Below, piece by piece: positions 49,652 through 59,451 of a DNA stretch of 64,000 nucleotides. This DNA comes from Thermoanaerobaculia bacterium (GTDB lineage: Bacteria > Acidobacteriota > Thermoanaerobaculia > Multivoradales > Multivoraceae). The stretch covers positions 2,432,001-2,496,000 of the forward strand of contig OY761158.1 of the NCBI GenBank assembly GCA_963664405.1, written 5' to 3'. Every line of letters starts with the position of its first letter. Within the stretch, counting starts at the first letter, position 1. The position numbers and the translations under genes were made by a program. The notes beneath the pieces were generated by a model. That model worked only from the letters and a program-made list of their open reading frames with translations. It ran no database searches and was not told the DNA's origin.

Positions 49652-52600
49652 ATGAGACATCAGGTGCAACTACTTCCGGCACTACTGATTCTAGGCATTA
49701 TCAGCCTCGCCTGTGGCGGCGCGGAGGACCCCGATGACTCCGAATCCCCACAAGGGCCGCGGCTGCGAGCCCAGCAGGACGTGGAGGCCGGAACGATCTC
49801 CATCTTCCGAGGAGACGAGGCAGAGCCCATCGTGACCCAGAACGCCAGGCCCGACCACCGGCCCTATCTCCATCCCATCGTCGCCCCGGACGGGAAGGGT
49901 CTGGTCACCGAATACAGCCCCGGGCATCACCCCCATCAGACCGGGCTCTATTGGGGCTTTACAAGAGTCAACGGCCAGACCGTTTCAGAAGACACTCTCA
50001 AGGAGTGGTTCTACAAACGCGACAAGCCCGAGGACATCGCCAGGGCCATCGGTCGCGACTTCTTCCACAATCCCGGAGGAGAGTATTGGCGGTTGAAGTC
50101 GGCATCCGTCATCACAGCCTCCGGAGATGAGGTTCAGTGGCAGACGGTTTACGACATGCTCGATGCGGCGGGTACCGCCATCATCACGGAAACACAGACC
50201 TGGACCATGCGCCTCGCCGAAGGCAAGTACCTCCTCGATCTGGAGTGGGCCGGTGAAGCCAAAACCGACATCACGATCAATGAGTTCGACTATGGCGGAA
50301 TGTTCTTACGCATGCCTTGGCGTAAGGGAATGCGCGGAGAAGCGGTCAACGCGGCGAGGCAGCGTAACGGACAGGCCGAAGGGAAACGCGCCATGTGGGT
50401 GGATGTCGGCATGCAGGTCGAAGGACGCGACGATCTAGCCCACGTCGCGATCTTCGACCATCCGATGAACACCGGTTTTCCGCAGACCTGGCGCGTTGAC
50501 GGCAACCTCGGCGTGGGCCCGGTTCGGGCGCGCATGGGAGATTGGCACATCCCGGAGGGCGCAACCGAGGCCATCCGCCACCGACTGGTCGTCTACACCG
50601 GTGAGCTCGACGACGTCGAATTGACCAACCAGTGGGAAGAGTATTCCGGCGGCGACCGCAAGTACAGCACCGCATCGCTGTGGGAAATCGCCCAGGAAGA
50701 AGGGCTGAAGGAGAAGTTTCTGACCCCGACCGAAGCCGCGGAGTCGATGACTCTGCTCGACGGCTTCGAGGTCAACGCCTGGGCCTCCGAGCCCGCGATC
50801 ACCCAACCGATGGCCTTTTGCTGGGACGATCGAGGTCGTATGTGGGTTGCCGAGAACCGCGACTACGAGAGCCGTGGAACTGGTTTCTCGAATTCCGGCG
50901 ACAGTCGCATCTTGATCTTGGAGGACACCGACCGCGACGGCGTCGCCGACAGCTCGAAGGTGTTCCTGGAAGGTATCCCTTTCCCGTCGGCGATTGCTGT
51001 CGGCTTCGACGGCCTTTTCCTGGGAGCACCACCGAATCTGATCTTTATCCCCGACCGCGATGGCGACGATCGCGGGGACATGGACGACGCGGAGATCCTT
51101 CTCACCGGTTGGGGCATCCGTGATCGCCACGAGACCATCAACAGCTTCCATTGGGGACCCGATGGCTGGCTCTACGGCCTCGAGGGCTTCGCCACTGTCT
51201 CGAAGATCAGAAAGCCCAATGGAGAAGGCCGCTTCTATGGACACAAAGACCCATTTCCGGAAGACCTTCTGGAGGCCAATGGTGTCGACATCAACGGTGG
51301 GGTGTGGCGATATCACCCGACCAAGAAGCGCTTCGAGGTTGTTGGCCACGGCTTCAGCAATCCCTGGGGCATCGACTACGACGCCAAGGGCCAGCTCTTC
51401 ATCAGCGCCTGTGTGATTCCGCATGCCTTCCACGTGGTCCCGGGAGGGATCTATCACCGTCAGGGGGGTCAACACTTCAACCCCTACGTCTACAGCGACA
51501 TCCGTACCATCGTCGACCACCGGCACCGCTCGGCGCATGGTGGTGCGCGGGTGTATTTGTCGGATGCTTTCCCTGAGGAGCACCACGGTCGCCTCTTCAT
51601 GGCCAACATTCACGAGCATGCCGTGCTGACCGACGAGCTCGAGGCCAAAGGCTCGGGCTTTGTCGCGCATCATGGCGATGACTTTCTCTATGCAAACAAC
51701 GCGCAGTGGATCGGGTTCAGCATGGAGATCGGGCCGGCAGGCGCGGTCTATGTATTGGACTGGCACGACGCTGATATCTGCGGCAAAGACGTGCACAACA
51801 AGGACACCGGAAGGATCTTCCGCATCACTCCGAAGGCATCTCAGGCCGAGGACTGGGAGGGTCGCTACGGCGATCTCAAGACGATGCCGAGCACTCACTT
51901 GGTCGAGCTGCAGCTCTCGAAGAGTGCCTGGCACGCACGCAGAGCGCGTGTCGTTCTGCAAGGCCGCGCCGCAAAGGGTGAGCTCGACGAAGCTGCTCAC
52001 GACCGATTGGGTGAGATCTTCGAATCAAACCCGGACGCCGACATCCGCCTGCGAGCGATGTGGGCACTTCACATCACCAACGGCTTCACCGCCACGGACC
52101 TGACGCAGGCCCTGGAAGACAACGATCCTCACGTCCGAGCCTGGGCGGTTCAATTGCTCTGCGAGGATCATGCGCCACCGGCGCCGGCGGTGGAAATGTT
52201 CGCGCGCATGGCACGCGAGGATGAATCGCCCGTCGTGCGCCTCTATCTTGCCGCAGCCCTACAGCGTCTCGAGCACGACGCGCGATGGCAAATCGCACAG
52301 GGCCTGATCGAGCACGCCGAGGACACCGACGACCACAACATTCCGAAGATGATCTGGTTCGGCATCGAGCCTCTTGTAGCGGAGAACCCTGCTCGGGCGC
52401 TCGAGCTCGCGCACCGCAGCGAGATTCCGATGCTCGTCAACTACATTGCCCGTCGTGCCGTAGACGCGAATCAGCTCGAAGCCCTGATCACCTCGCTCGA
52501 GAAGCGATCGGATGCGCGACCAAGTCTGCTGAAGGGGATGCAAGCCGGGCTCGAAGGCCAAATCGATGTAACGCCACCTCAGAACTGGGAGACGGTCTAC

Positions 52601-53560
52601 GCCTCGCTACGGAAGGATCGAACGGTCGCCGATACCGCCTTGGAGGTGTCGCAGCAATTCGGCGGTATCGAAGCAGCCAGGCAGTTCTTCCGAACTCTGA
52701 CAGACAAGAGCGCCCCTATCGATGCCCGCCGCAAAGCCCTCGATGGCCTCGCGGGGCAGCAGCGACAGGCGCTTGTCGAAGAGATTCCCGGTCTTTTGGA
52801 AGAGAAGGAGCTCCGCATCGCGGCGATCAGAGCGATCGCTGCATTTGATGACTATGAACTAGGCAAGATGCTGCTGAGTCGATACGATGACTTCAATTCG
52901 GAAGAGAAGCTGGAAGCCGTTCACACCTTGGCTTCGCGCCCTACCTACGGTGAGTACCTCACCTACGCCCTCGAACAGGGGACGATCCCGAAGCGCGATG
53001 TCCCTGCCTACTCCGCCAGACAACTGCACCGGGTTGTCGGCAGTGGCTTTCTCGAAGTCTGGGGCCCCATCACTCAGGTTTCGAGTGAGAAAGCCGCGGC
53101 TCTCGCCAAATATACGACGCTTCTGAGCGATGAAGTCATCGCCGCCGCCGACGCCATCCACGGTCGCGAGATGTTCGACGCTCTCTGCGGCAAGTGCCAC
53201 CAGATGTACGGCGAGGGCGGCCTCGTCGGCCCGGATATCACGGGTTCGAACCGTACCGAGCTCGACTATCTGCTCACCAACATCATTGACCCCAGCGGGG
53301 ACATTCAGGACGACTACAGAATGTTGATGGTGACAACCCGAGACGGCCGGACCTACGCCGGCAACATCGCCGCCGAGAGCGAGCGAGCTCTAACCCTGCG
53401 AGTCGTCGGCCAGGACGCCGTAGTCATCGCCAAATCGGATATCCAGTCTCGCGAACAATCGGCCCTTTCGATGATGCCGGACAACATGCTCGAGAGCTTC
53501 ACCGATAGCGAAGTGACCGATCTGGTGGCGTATTTGATGACAACGGAGCAAGTGCCCTAG
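49652..53560 (+). CDS. PVC-type heme-binding membrane dehydrogenase-like protein (PmoA-like domain, propeller, HEAT repeats, cytochrome c)
   Basis: Lipobox LAC, PYLHP/HPHQTGL, WDDRGR, WGPDGWLY, NPWG, CGKCH, GPDITG, SMMP. Confidence 0.88.
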   Translation: MRHQVQLLPALLILGIISLACGGAEDPDDSESPQGPRLRAQQDVEAGTISIFRGDEAEPIVTQNARPDHRPYLHPIVAPDGKGLVTEYSPGHHPHQTGLYWGFTRVNGQTVSEDTLKEWFYKRDKPEDIARAIGRDFFHNPGGEYWRLKSASVITASGDEVQWQTVYDMLDAAGTAIITETQTWTMRLAEGKYLLDLEWAGEAKTDITINEFDYGGMFLRMPWRKGMRGEAVNAARQRNGQAEGKRAMWVDVGMQVEGRDDLAHVAIFDHPMNTGFPQTWRVDGNLGVGPVRARMGDWHIPEGATEAIRHRLVVYTGELDDVELTNQWEEYSGGDRKYSTASLWEIAQEEGLKEKFLTPTEAAESMTLLDGFEVNAWASEPAITQPMAFCWDDRGRMWVAENRDYESRGTGFSNSGDSRILILEDTDRDGVADSSKVFLEGIPFPSAIAVGFDGLFLGAPPNLIFIPDRDGDDRGDMDDAEILLTGWGIRDRHETINSFHWGPDGWLYGLEGFATVSKIRKPNGEGRFYGHKDPFPEDLLEANGVDINGGVWRYHPTKKRFEVVGHGFSNPWGIDYDAKGQLFISACVIPHAFHVVPGGIYHRQGGQHFNPYVYSDIRTIVDHRHRSAHGGARVYLSDAFPEEHHGRLFMANIHEHAVLTDELEAKGSGFVAHHGDDFLYANNAQWIGFSMEIGPAGAVYVLDWHDADICGKDVHNKDTGRIFRITPKASQAEDWEGRYGDLKTMPSTHLVELQLSKSAWHARRARVVLQGRAAKGELDEAAHDRLGEIFESNPDADIRLRAMWALHITNGFTATDLTQALEDNDPHVRAWAVQLLCEDHAPPAPAVEMFARMAREDESPVVRLYLAAALQRLEHDARWQIAQGLIEHAEDTDDHNIPKMIWFGIEPLVAENPARALELAHRSEIPMLVNYIARRAVDANQLEALITSLEKRSDARPSLLKGMQAGLEGQIDVTPPQNWETVYASLRKDRTVADTALEVSQQFGGIEAARQFFRTLTDKSAPIDARRKALDGLAGQQRQALVEEIPGLLEEKELRIAAIRAIAAFDDYELGKMLLSRYDDFNSEEKLEAVHTLASRPTYGEYLTYALEQGTIPKRDVPAYSARQLHRVVGSGFLEVWGPITQVSSEKAAALAKYTTLLSDEVIAAADAIHGREMFDALCGKCHQMYGEGGLVGPDITGSNRTELDYLLTNIIDPSGDIQDDYRMLMVTTRDGRTYAGNIAAESERALTLRVVGQDAVVIAKSDIQSREQSALSMMPDNMLESFTDSEVTDLVAYLMTTEQVP

Positions 53561-53596
53561 CCAGAGAAAATGATAAGTATCATTTCCTCTGGCTAG
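53557..53596. repeat. 40-bp near-perfect palindrome (left part of a repeat split by IS1182); may also act as a terminator
   Basis: CTAGCCAGAGAAAATGATA-AG-TATCATTTCCTCTGGCTAG. Confidence 0.85.
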
Positions 53597-55150
53597 GAGT
53601 CTGCGCGGCAGGAGTGCGGGTACGGTGAAGCTTCGATCGCGCTGCAGAATGGACGCCGCATTGGGTTTCGGATGGCGGAGAGTGCGTTGAGCAAGCCTGA
53701 CGAGGCGTCAGGAAGCGCGATGCGGGTCGTATAGTGAGCTCTAACTCGGTGGCATGGCCCGGAGCGGCTCATGAAGCCGCTTGGAGGACGTGGAAGCGCT
53801 TCAAGTTGACGGCCAGACACACCAGATCCCACTCGTGGCCGACATTGTCTTGGCCCCGGAGGCTGAATCGTCGGAAGCCCAGCACCTCTTTGATCCACCC
53901 GATCACCGGTTCCACGACCGCCTTGCGCCGTCGGTAGCGTTGCTTGCCGGCCTCGCTGGCGAGTTTGATCTGCATGCGGTGAGACGCTTCGAGCTGCGTA
54001 CTCACTTCCCACTTCTTTCCCTCTCGACCCAAGGAGATGTGAGCGTCAATGCTTCGCTCCTCGAGTTCGAGGAATGTCGCCTCGCTGCGATACCCCGCGT
54101 CCGCCAAGACCTGCTCGGGATCCTCCCCCAGCGCCGCCTTCGCCCGGGAGAGCAACGGCATCATCTGGTCCACGTCCGCGGCGTTGTTCGTCAGGCTCGT
54201 CGAGACGATCATCTGCGACTCTTCCTCCACCGCCAACTGGCCGTTGTAGCACTGATCGTAGCCATGGACCGTTTTCATGATCCGACTCTGCGGATCGGTG
54301 AAGTTGTCTTGGGCCCGGTCCTCCGGAACACCGAAATCGCGCGCGAAGGGGCGTCCGCGACGAGGCGGATCGTCGTCGTCATCCTCCGTACGGCCGCGCG
54401 CGCGGTCCTTCTCGGCCTGGCGCGCCTCGAGGCGCGCCTTCGCCTCCTGGATCTTCGCCAAGCGCTGCTCGCGCCGTTGCAGCTCGGCCGGCAGCTCATC
54501 GCCGCGCAGCTGCGCTCCATGCTCGGCATCCTCAGCCGTATCCACCGCCTCGGCCTGCGCCATCAGCGCGGCGATCTCCTCCTCCAGACGCTTCTCCTCC
54601 TCCAGCATTCGACCGTAGCTCATCGACTTGCGCTTGCTCGCGTTGGCCTTGACCTTCGTACCGTCCACCACCAACGTCCCCAGACGCAACACCCCGGCCT
54701 CACGCGCGATCTGCACCACCTGCACGAACAGTGCGTGGAAGGCCGCCAAATGAAGCTGACGAAACTCACAAATCGTGCGATGCGCCGGAGAGTTGCCCGC
54801 CGCCAGAAAACGATAGGCCACGTCCTCCTCGAGCTTGCGCGCGATGCCACGCGACGAATACGTCCCCGTCGCATACGCATACAGCAAAACCTTCACCATC
54901 ATCCGAGGATCGAACGGCTGATTCCGACGACCATCCCCCTCGTAACGAGCGTAGAACGACGACAGATCCAGCGCCTCCACCGTCTCGGAGATGAAGTACA
55001 CCAAGTGACCCTCCGGCAACCAGTCACGAGGGCTCGGAGCTAACAGATACAGCTGATCCGGGGCATACGGACGAAATGACGTTGGCATGCCACAACTCTA
55101 CTCCGTCTTCGATCTCTTCACTAAACACTCCGTTTCTGCCGCGCAGACTC
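53597..55150 (-). mobile_element. IS1182-family insertion sequence, intact
   Basis: 15-bp perfect TIR GAGTCTGCGCGGCAG, CTAG on both flanks (53593-96 and 55151-54). Confidence 0.92.
53769..55088 (-). CDS. IS1182 transposase
   Basis: LPEGHL, P-x-MM-x-K-x-LLY-x-Y, DGTK-x-KANAS, TDP-x-SRIM, ADAGY, VEP-x-x-G-x-IK. Confidence 0.95.
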   Translation of the reverse strand: MPTSFRPYAPDQLYLLAPSPRDWLPEGHLVYFISETVEALDLSSFYARYEGDGRRNQPFDPRMMVKVLLYAYATGTYSSRGIARKLEEDVAYRFLAAGNSPAHRTICEFRQLHLAAFHALFVQVVQIAREAGVLRLGTLVVDGTKVKANASKRKSMSYGRMLEEEKRLEEEIAALMAQAEAVDTAEDAEHGAQLRGDELPAELQRREQRLAKIQEAKARLEARQAEKDRARGRTEDDDDDPPRRGRPFARDFGVPEDRAQDNFTDPQSRIMKTVHGYDQCYNGQLAVEEESQMIVSTSLTNNAADVDQMMPLLSRAKAALGEDPEQVLADAGYRSEATFLELEERSIDAHISLGREGKKWEVSTQLEASHRMQIKLASEAGKQRYRRRKAVVEPVIGWIKEVLGFRRFSLRGQDNVGHEWDLVCLAVNLKRFHVLQAAS

Positions 55151-55220
55151 CTAGAGTTGCTGTTTGGCGCCGAGGACGGCGCACTCAGGCGTTGCTTCTT
55201 ATACGCTCCGGGAGACGGCG
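55151..55220 (+). repeat. REP-like tail of the repeat (right part, beyond IS1182)
   Basis: TTGCTGTTTGGCGCCGAGGACGGCGCACTCAGGCGTTGCTTCTTATACGCTCCGGGA matches the other copies. Confidence 0.85.
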
Positions 55221-55281
55221 CAGGCCGAATCTGCGAGTCTTAGGGCCGGCCCCAGAGTGGTTGATCTAGAGGGAAACGCCT

Positions 55282-57210
55282 ATGCCATCCGGCAGGTACG
55301 CATTTGCGATGTCGCTGGCCTACGGCGGTGTTGTGCTTGCTGGGGCGACCGCGGCGCAGAACGCCGTAGCGCCGGACCCCGATCCGCCCGCCTCGACCGT
55401 CGAGGAAGAGATCACGGTGGTCGATCGCGCCGCGGACTCGCAGACCACCAGTACGACCATTCTCGAGCGCGAAGAGATCGTGCGCTCCACGGTCAGAACC
55501 ACCGGCGAGCTGGTTCAGTTCGTCCCCGGCGTTCATGTCGTGGGCTCGGGCTCGCGCGGTGGTACCGCCCACGCGCAGGTCCGCGGGGGCGATCCCAACT
55601 TCACCCTCGTCCTCCTCGACGGCATTCCGCTCAACGACCCCACTGGGGTACAGGGAGGGGCGCTCAATCTCTCCACAGTGCCGGTCCGTCATCTCGAGCG
55701 AGCCGAGGTGGTTCGCGGTTCGAGCACCTACTACTTCGGCTCCAGTGCGGTCGGTGGCGTCCTGAATCTGACGAGTCGCCGGGGTGGCGAGGAGAACCAC
55801 GGAGAGGTTTTCGTGGAGGCGGGCGACCACTCGCTCGCACACGGTGTCGTCTCCGTGGGTGGGCCGGCCGGCCGCGGCGACGGCGCCGGCGACTTCTTCC
55901 TCGGCGTCGACTACGAGGAGGAAGAGGGCACCATCGCTCTCGACACTTTCGATCAGCTGAGCATGCAAGCCAACGTAGGCTTCGCTGTAGGAGACGGGGC
56001 CGACCTGCGTCTGGTCGGTCGCTTCACCGACTGGACTATCGACGACTACCCCGAGAGCTCTGGCGGCCCGGTCTTCGGCAGCGGCGAGCTGCGCCACTCC
56101 GACGGGGAGCAACTCTCGGGCGGGCTCAATCTCAGCTTCGTCCGAGGGAGCTCGAGCCACGCCGGTTCCATCGGAGTCAGTCGCAGCGACACAGGGCTCA
56201 CGAGCCCTGCGATCTTCCCTCTGGTTCCACCCTCGATCGAGGATCGCGAATACACCCGAAGTCAGCTCAGCTGGGTCTCTCGCACTCAGGTCTCAGCGCG
56301 GCTCGGCTTCTCCGCCGGCGCACAGATCGACAATGAGAGCGCCAGCAACCAGAGCGTGCTGATTCTGCCCCCCTTTCTGGGTGGCGAAGTCGACGGCTCC
56401 TACGACCTCGACCGGACGACGCCGTCGGTGTTCGTCGAAGGGTCGATCGAACATCGCAATCTCGTCGTCGAGGTCGGCACGCGCGTCGACGACCCGGAGG
56501 ACCTCGACGACGAATGGAGTCCACGGCTGGGACTTCACTACCGATTGGGCAACTCCGATTGGCAGCTTCGCGGTGGTTGGAGCCGTGCTTTCAAACTGCC
56601 CAGCTTTTTCGCCCTCGCCAGCCCGCCACAGCTCGGCGGCAACCCGGATCTTCTGCCCGAGACGAGTGAGGGCATGGAGCTCGGAATCGAGCACCGCTCG
56701 GCGCGAAGTCAGCTCGCAGTCGTTGCCTTCCGTATCGATTACGAAGATCTGATCGACTTCGACTTCGACACCTTCAGCAACGTCAACCGATCTACCGTCG
56801 AGGCCGAGGGCATCGAGCTCTTCCTTTATCGACGTCTCAGCGACAAGTTGGAGATCGCACTCAACGGCACCTTCCAGGACGTCCAAGATCCGACCTCTCC
56901 AGGCGAGATCTTGCGCAGGCCCGACTGGTTTGGCAGCCTGCGCCTGGACTGGAGACCGATACCGCCTTTACGACTGCGCCTCGACGCCAGGCTGGCCGAC
57001 GACAGCGCCGACGTCCAACTTCCCGTCCCCGACCGCAACCGTGTCGAGGGTTACGAAGTGCTAGGGCTCGGCGCCTCGTTCGAGATCTCGAGAAGCTGGG
57101 CGGTGACCGGTCGCGTCGACAACCTGACCGACGAGGACTACGAGCACTTCATCGGTTTCCCGCAGCCGGGACGCTCAGCGAGGGCCGGAGTCGAGTACCG
57201 CTTTCCCTGA
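55282..57210 (+). CDS. TonB-dependent receptor (BtuB-like size)
   Basis: Plug motifs VRGG-x-PN-x-TLVLLDG and GGVLN; NL-x-DE-x-YE; C-terminal YRF. Confidence 0.9.
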   Translation: MPSGRYAFAMSLAYGGVVLAGATAAQNAVAPDPDPPASTVEEEITVVDRAADSQTTSTTILEREEIVRSTVRTTGELVQFVPGVHVVGSGSRGGTAHAQVRGGDPNFTLVLLDGIPLNDPTGVQGGALNLSTVPVRHLERAEVVRGSSTYYFGSSAVGGVLNLTSRRGGEENHGEVFVEAGDHSLAHGVVSVGGPAGRGDGAGDFFLGVDYEEEEGTIALDTFDQLSMQANVGFAVGDGADLRLVGRFTDWTIDDYPESSGGPVFGSGELRHSDGEQLSGGLNLSFVRGSSSHAGSIGVSRSDTGLTSPAIFPLVPPSIEDREYTRSQLSWVSRTQVSARLGFSAGAQIDNESASNQSVLILPPFLGGEVDGSYDLDRTTPSVFVEGSIEHRNLVVEVGTRVDDPEDLDDEWSPRLGLHYRLGNSDWQLRGGWSRAFKLPSFFALASPPQLGGNPDLLPETSEGMELGIEHRSARSQLAVVAFRIDYEDLIDFDFDTFSNVNRSTVEAEGIELFLYRRLSDKLEIALNGTFQDVQDPTSPGEILRRPDWFGSLRLDWRPIPPLRLRLDARLADDSADVQLPVPDRNRVEGYEVLGLGASFEISRSWAVTGRVDNLTDEDYEHFIGFPQPGRSARAGVEYRFP

Positions 57211-57219
57211 CCGCCGGAG

Positions 57220-58284
57220 CTACTCTCCGCCCGCAGCCTTCGCGCGTTTGGCGAGCTCCTCGTTCTCCAGAATGCGCGCTCCCCGCAAGGTGTTCCCCAT
57301 CGCGTAGTTCCCTTCGTGGCACGCGTACTCGTAGACCCTCTTGGCACTGCGCGTCCAAACGAACTCACCGCTCCACTTCGCGGTCCACGCCGTCGGATCG
57401 TCGACAGTGAAGTCGTAGAGAAGGTCTCCGTTCTCCGTGAGCTCGAAGCGCTCCACCAGATGCAGATTCTCGTCGCCTCCGTACAAACCGGTGTACTCGC
57501 GGAAGTTCGTGCTCTCGACGACCAGAGTGTCGCCCTCCCAATGACCAACGGAATCCCCCAGCCACAGCAGGTTGTCGCCATGCTCGGCGTTCAACCGGAT
57601 GATGCGTGCGTCGTGCACCATCTCCAGCAGGATCACCACGTGGTCATCGGTCTGAACGATCCTCTTGAAGTTGTTGTACGCACCGGGGATGCTCGGCGGA
57701 CCGGCGCTGAATCCCAAGATGCAGCGCTCTGCCAGCGCCTGATCCTCAGGTCCGTCGAAGGGCCCGCGGCCTTCTTCGTCGAGCCAAGAAGGCGTGCCGT
57801 CGTTGACGTATGTGAACGAGGTGAAGTTGGCAGCCCGCTTCGCCTGGCCCATCTCGGTCATGTCGGGTTGGCGGCCGTTGGGCGGGTCGTAGACGATCGA
57901 GGTGCGGAACTTGCCGTCGACTTCGAACACGTTGCTGCCCGGATCCAACCAGAAATTGTTGTAGCCGCCAATCCCACCGCCGCCGCCGGTGCGAGTGCCC
58001 TCGCCACCCAGGACCGGTGCTTCGCGGTCCGGATCACTGGCAGCATTCGCCTTCGCTCGGCGGTCCGCCGCGTCCTTGGTGATCTTCTCGGCCTCTTCCT
58101 GGGTCATGAACTGCTTGTCGCCGAATCGTTCAGGACGATTGAGCGGCGTCAGAGTGCCGCCGTCATAGACCCCCGAGAGGTCCGGCTTGCCGGAAGCCGT
58201 CCGCTTCATCTCGAAGCCGTCTTCCGCGTGAATAGCTGGGGCCAGGAGGGCTGAGGTCAACACTACAACAGCGAGGTTTTTCAT
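57220..58284 (-). CDS. Secreted uncharacterised protein (EYACHEGN family)
   Basis: GKPDLSG, TLTP, ERC, YNN, GDS-x-G-x-WEGDTLVV, EYACHEGN. Confidence 0.8.
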   Translation of the reverse strand: MKNLAVVVLTSALLAPAIHAEDGFEMKRTASGKPDLSGVYDGGTLTPLNRPERFGDKQFMTQEEAEKITKDAADRRAKANAASDPDREAPVLGGEGTRTGGGGGIGGYNNFWLDPGSNVFEVDGKFRTSIVYDPPNGRQPDMTEMGQAKRAANFTSFTYVNDGTPSWLDEEGRGPFDGPEDQALAERCILGFSAGPPSIPGAYNNFKRIVQTDDHVVILLEMVHDARIIRLNAEHGDNLLWLGDSVGHWEGDTLVVESTNFREYTGLYGGDENLHLVERFELTENGDLLYDFTVDDPTAWTAKWSGEFVWTRSAKRVYEYACHEGNYAMGNTLRGARILENEELAKRAKAAGGE

Positions 58285-58368
58285 CGTCTCTTCTCCACGA
58301 GTCGTTTCTGCGTTACCAGGGCGAGGACCCCTATTTGCAAAACATCCTATCGCCCCGTCGAGAACCAG

Positions 58369-59262
58369 TCAGATGAGACGCGCGAACTTCTTATACAACA
58401 GATCCAAGAGCTCTCGAATCTGTTCCAAGCGCACATCCAGATTCTCGACCCAGCTCTGGTTTCCGGGCCGCGAAAACTTGATCGCGCTCAAACGAAAAGT
58501 CGTTGCGTCGATCGTGAACCTCACATCCTTGTGAAGGAGCTTGGCGGCGAGGATGTCGGCATCGCTCGTGAGATAGCGGTGGAGGTCTGTGATCACGTCA
58601 CCGGAGAGCGTGATTCGGGTGTCTTCGCTAGCCAATCGCACATATCCTTGCTCAGGCTCGATCAGAAATTCCGGGTCGCCAACGAGCTTGGCGAGGAATC
58701 GGCACCCGTAGATCGAAGCCGCCGGATCCATCGTCTCCGGCAGATCGCTCCACTCCTCCGGTAGGCCCTTCTCGAGCCAGGGGTTGTGGATCTCGGTCGC
58801 TACTCCCGCTTTGCGCAGGAGCTGCTGCAAAACCCCCAGATGCACCTTCGAGGTCGTGCCCGCGTAGAGCATCTTGTTATCGATGCAACACTCGATCACG
58901 GTCGAGGTGGGTGTGCGCCCGACAATGAGCTCTTCTTCCGCGAGGTGGCGAAGCTCGGCTCGTCTTCCCGAGGGTACGTAGGGCACTCCGGTCTGCTCGA
59001 GCTCGGTCAGCAGGAGTTGTTTGTGCCGCTCTCGGAGCTGTACGGAGTCGGCACGCCGACGGTCGATTCGCATACGAAACGCGACTCGGCCGGCGCCGAT
59101 CTGGTAGGCCGCCTCCGGTTCGAAGGGAATGAAGCCGATCGACTCTTTGACTTCCGAGGCGAGGTCGATCCCCTCGTAGGCGAGAGCCTCGAAGGTCGAT
59201 TCGTCGACGTGAGACGACGCCTTGAAGGGGGTGACGCAGACAGAACCGGTGAGAAGTCCCAT
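58369..59262 (-). CDS. rdgC: RdgC-like recombination-associated protein
   Basis: MGLLTGS start, SIGF, FRMRID-x-R-x, helical middle region; divergent. Confidence 0.55.
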   Translation of the reverse strand: MGLLTGSVCVTPFKASSHVDESTFEALAYEGIDLASEVKESIGFIPFEPEAAYQIGAGRVAFRMRIDRRRADSVQLRERHKQLLLTELEQTGVPYVPSGRRAELRHLAEEELIVGRTPTSTVIECCIDNKMLYAGTTSKVHLGVLQQLLRKAGVATEIHNPWLEKGLPEEWSDLPETMDPAASIYGCRFLAKLVGDPEFLIEPEQGYVRLASEDTRITLSGDVITDLHRYLTSDADILAAKLLHKDVRFTIDATTFRLSAIKFSRPGNQSWVENLDVRLEQIRELLDLLYKKFARLI

Positions 59263-59451
59263 AGCGGGGGGATATCCGAGAGGGGGAAGATAGCAGCAAA
59301 TGGAGGGTTGTCGGCGCCCGATCGGTCGATCCATCCCACCCGAGACGGACGCTTTCTGCTCGGAAGCCTGTGGGACTGCGAGTCAGTCAGAGAGGGAGGG
59401 ATTCGATGTCGAAATCGCTCAGCTGGACGCTAACTGTGATCGGAAGGCAGG

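Noticed and set aside
49652-50650. Particulate methane monooxygenase (PmoA-like domain)
   Set aside because: This is the soluble, misleadingly named PmoA-like domain fused to a PVC-type dehydrogenase; it has no TM helices and there is no pmoB or pmoC.
55155-55281. Cobalamin riboswitch upstream of the BtuB-like receptor
   Set aside because: The space is occupied by the REP-like tail, and I could not recognise a B12 box.
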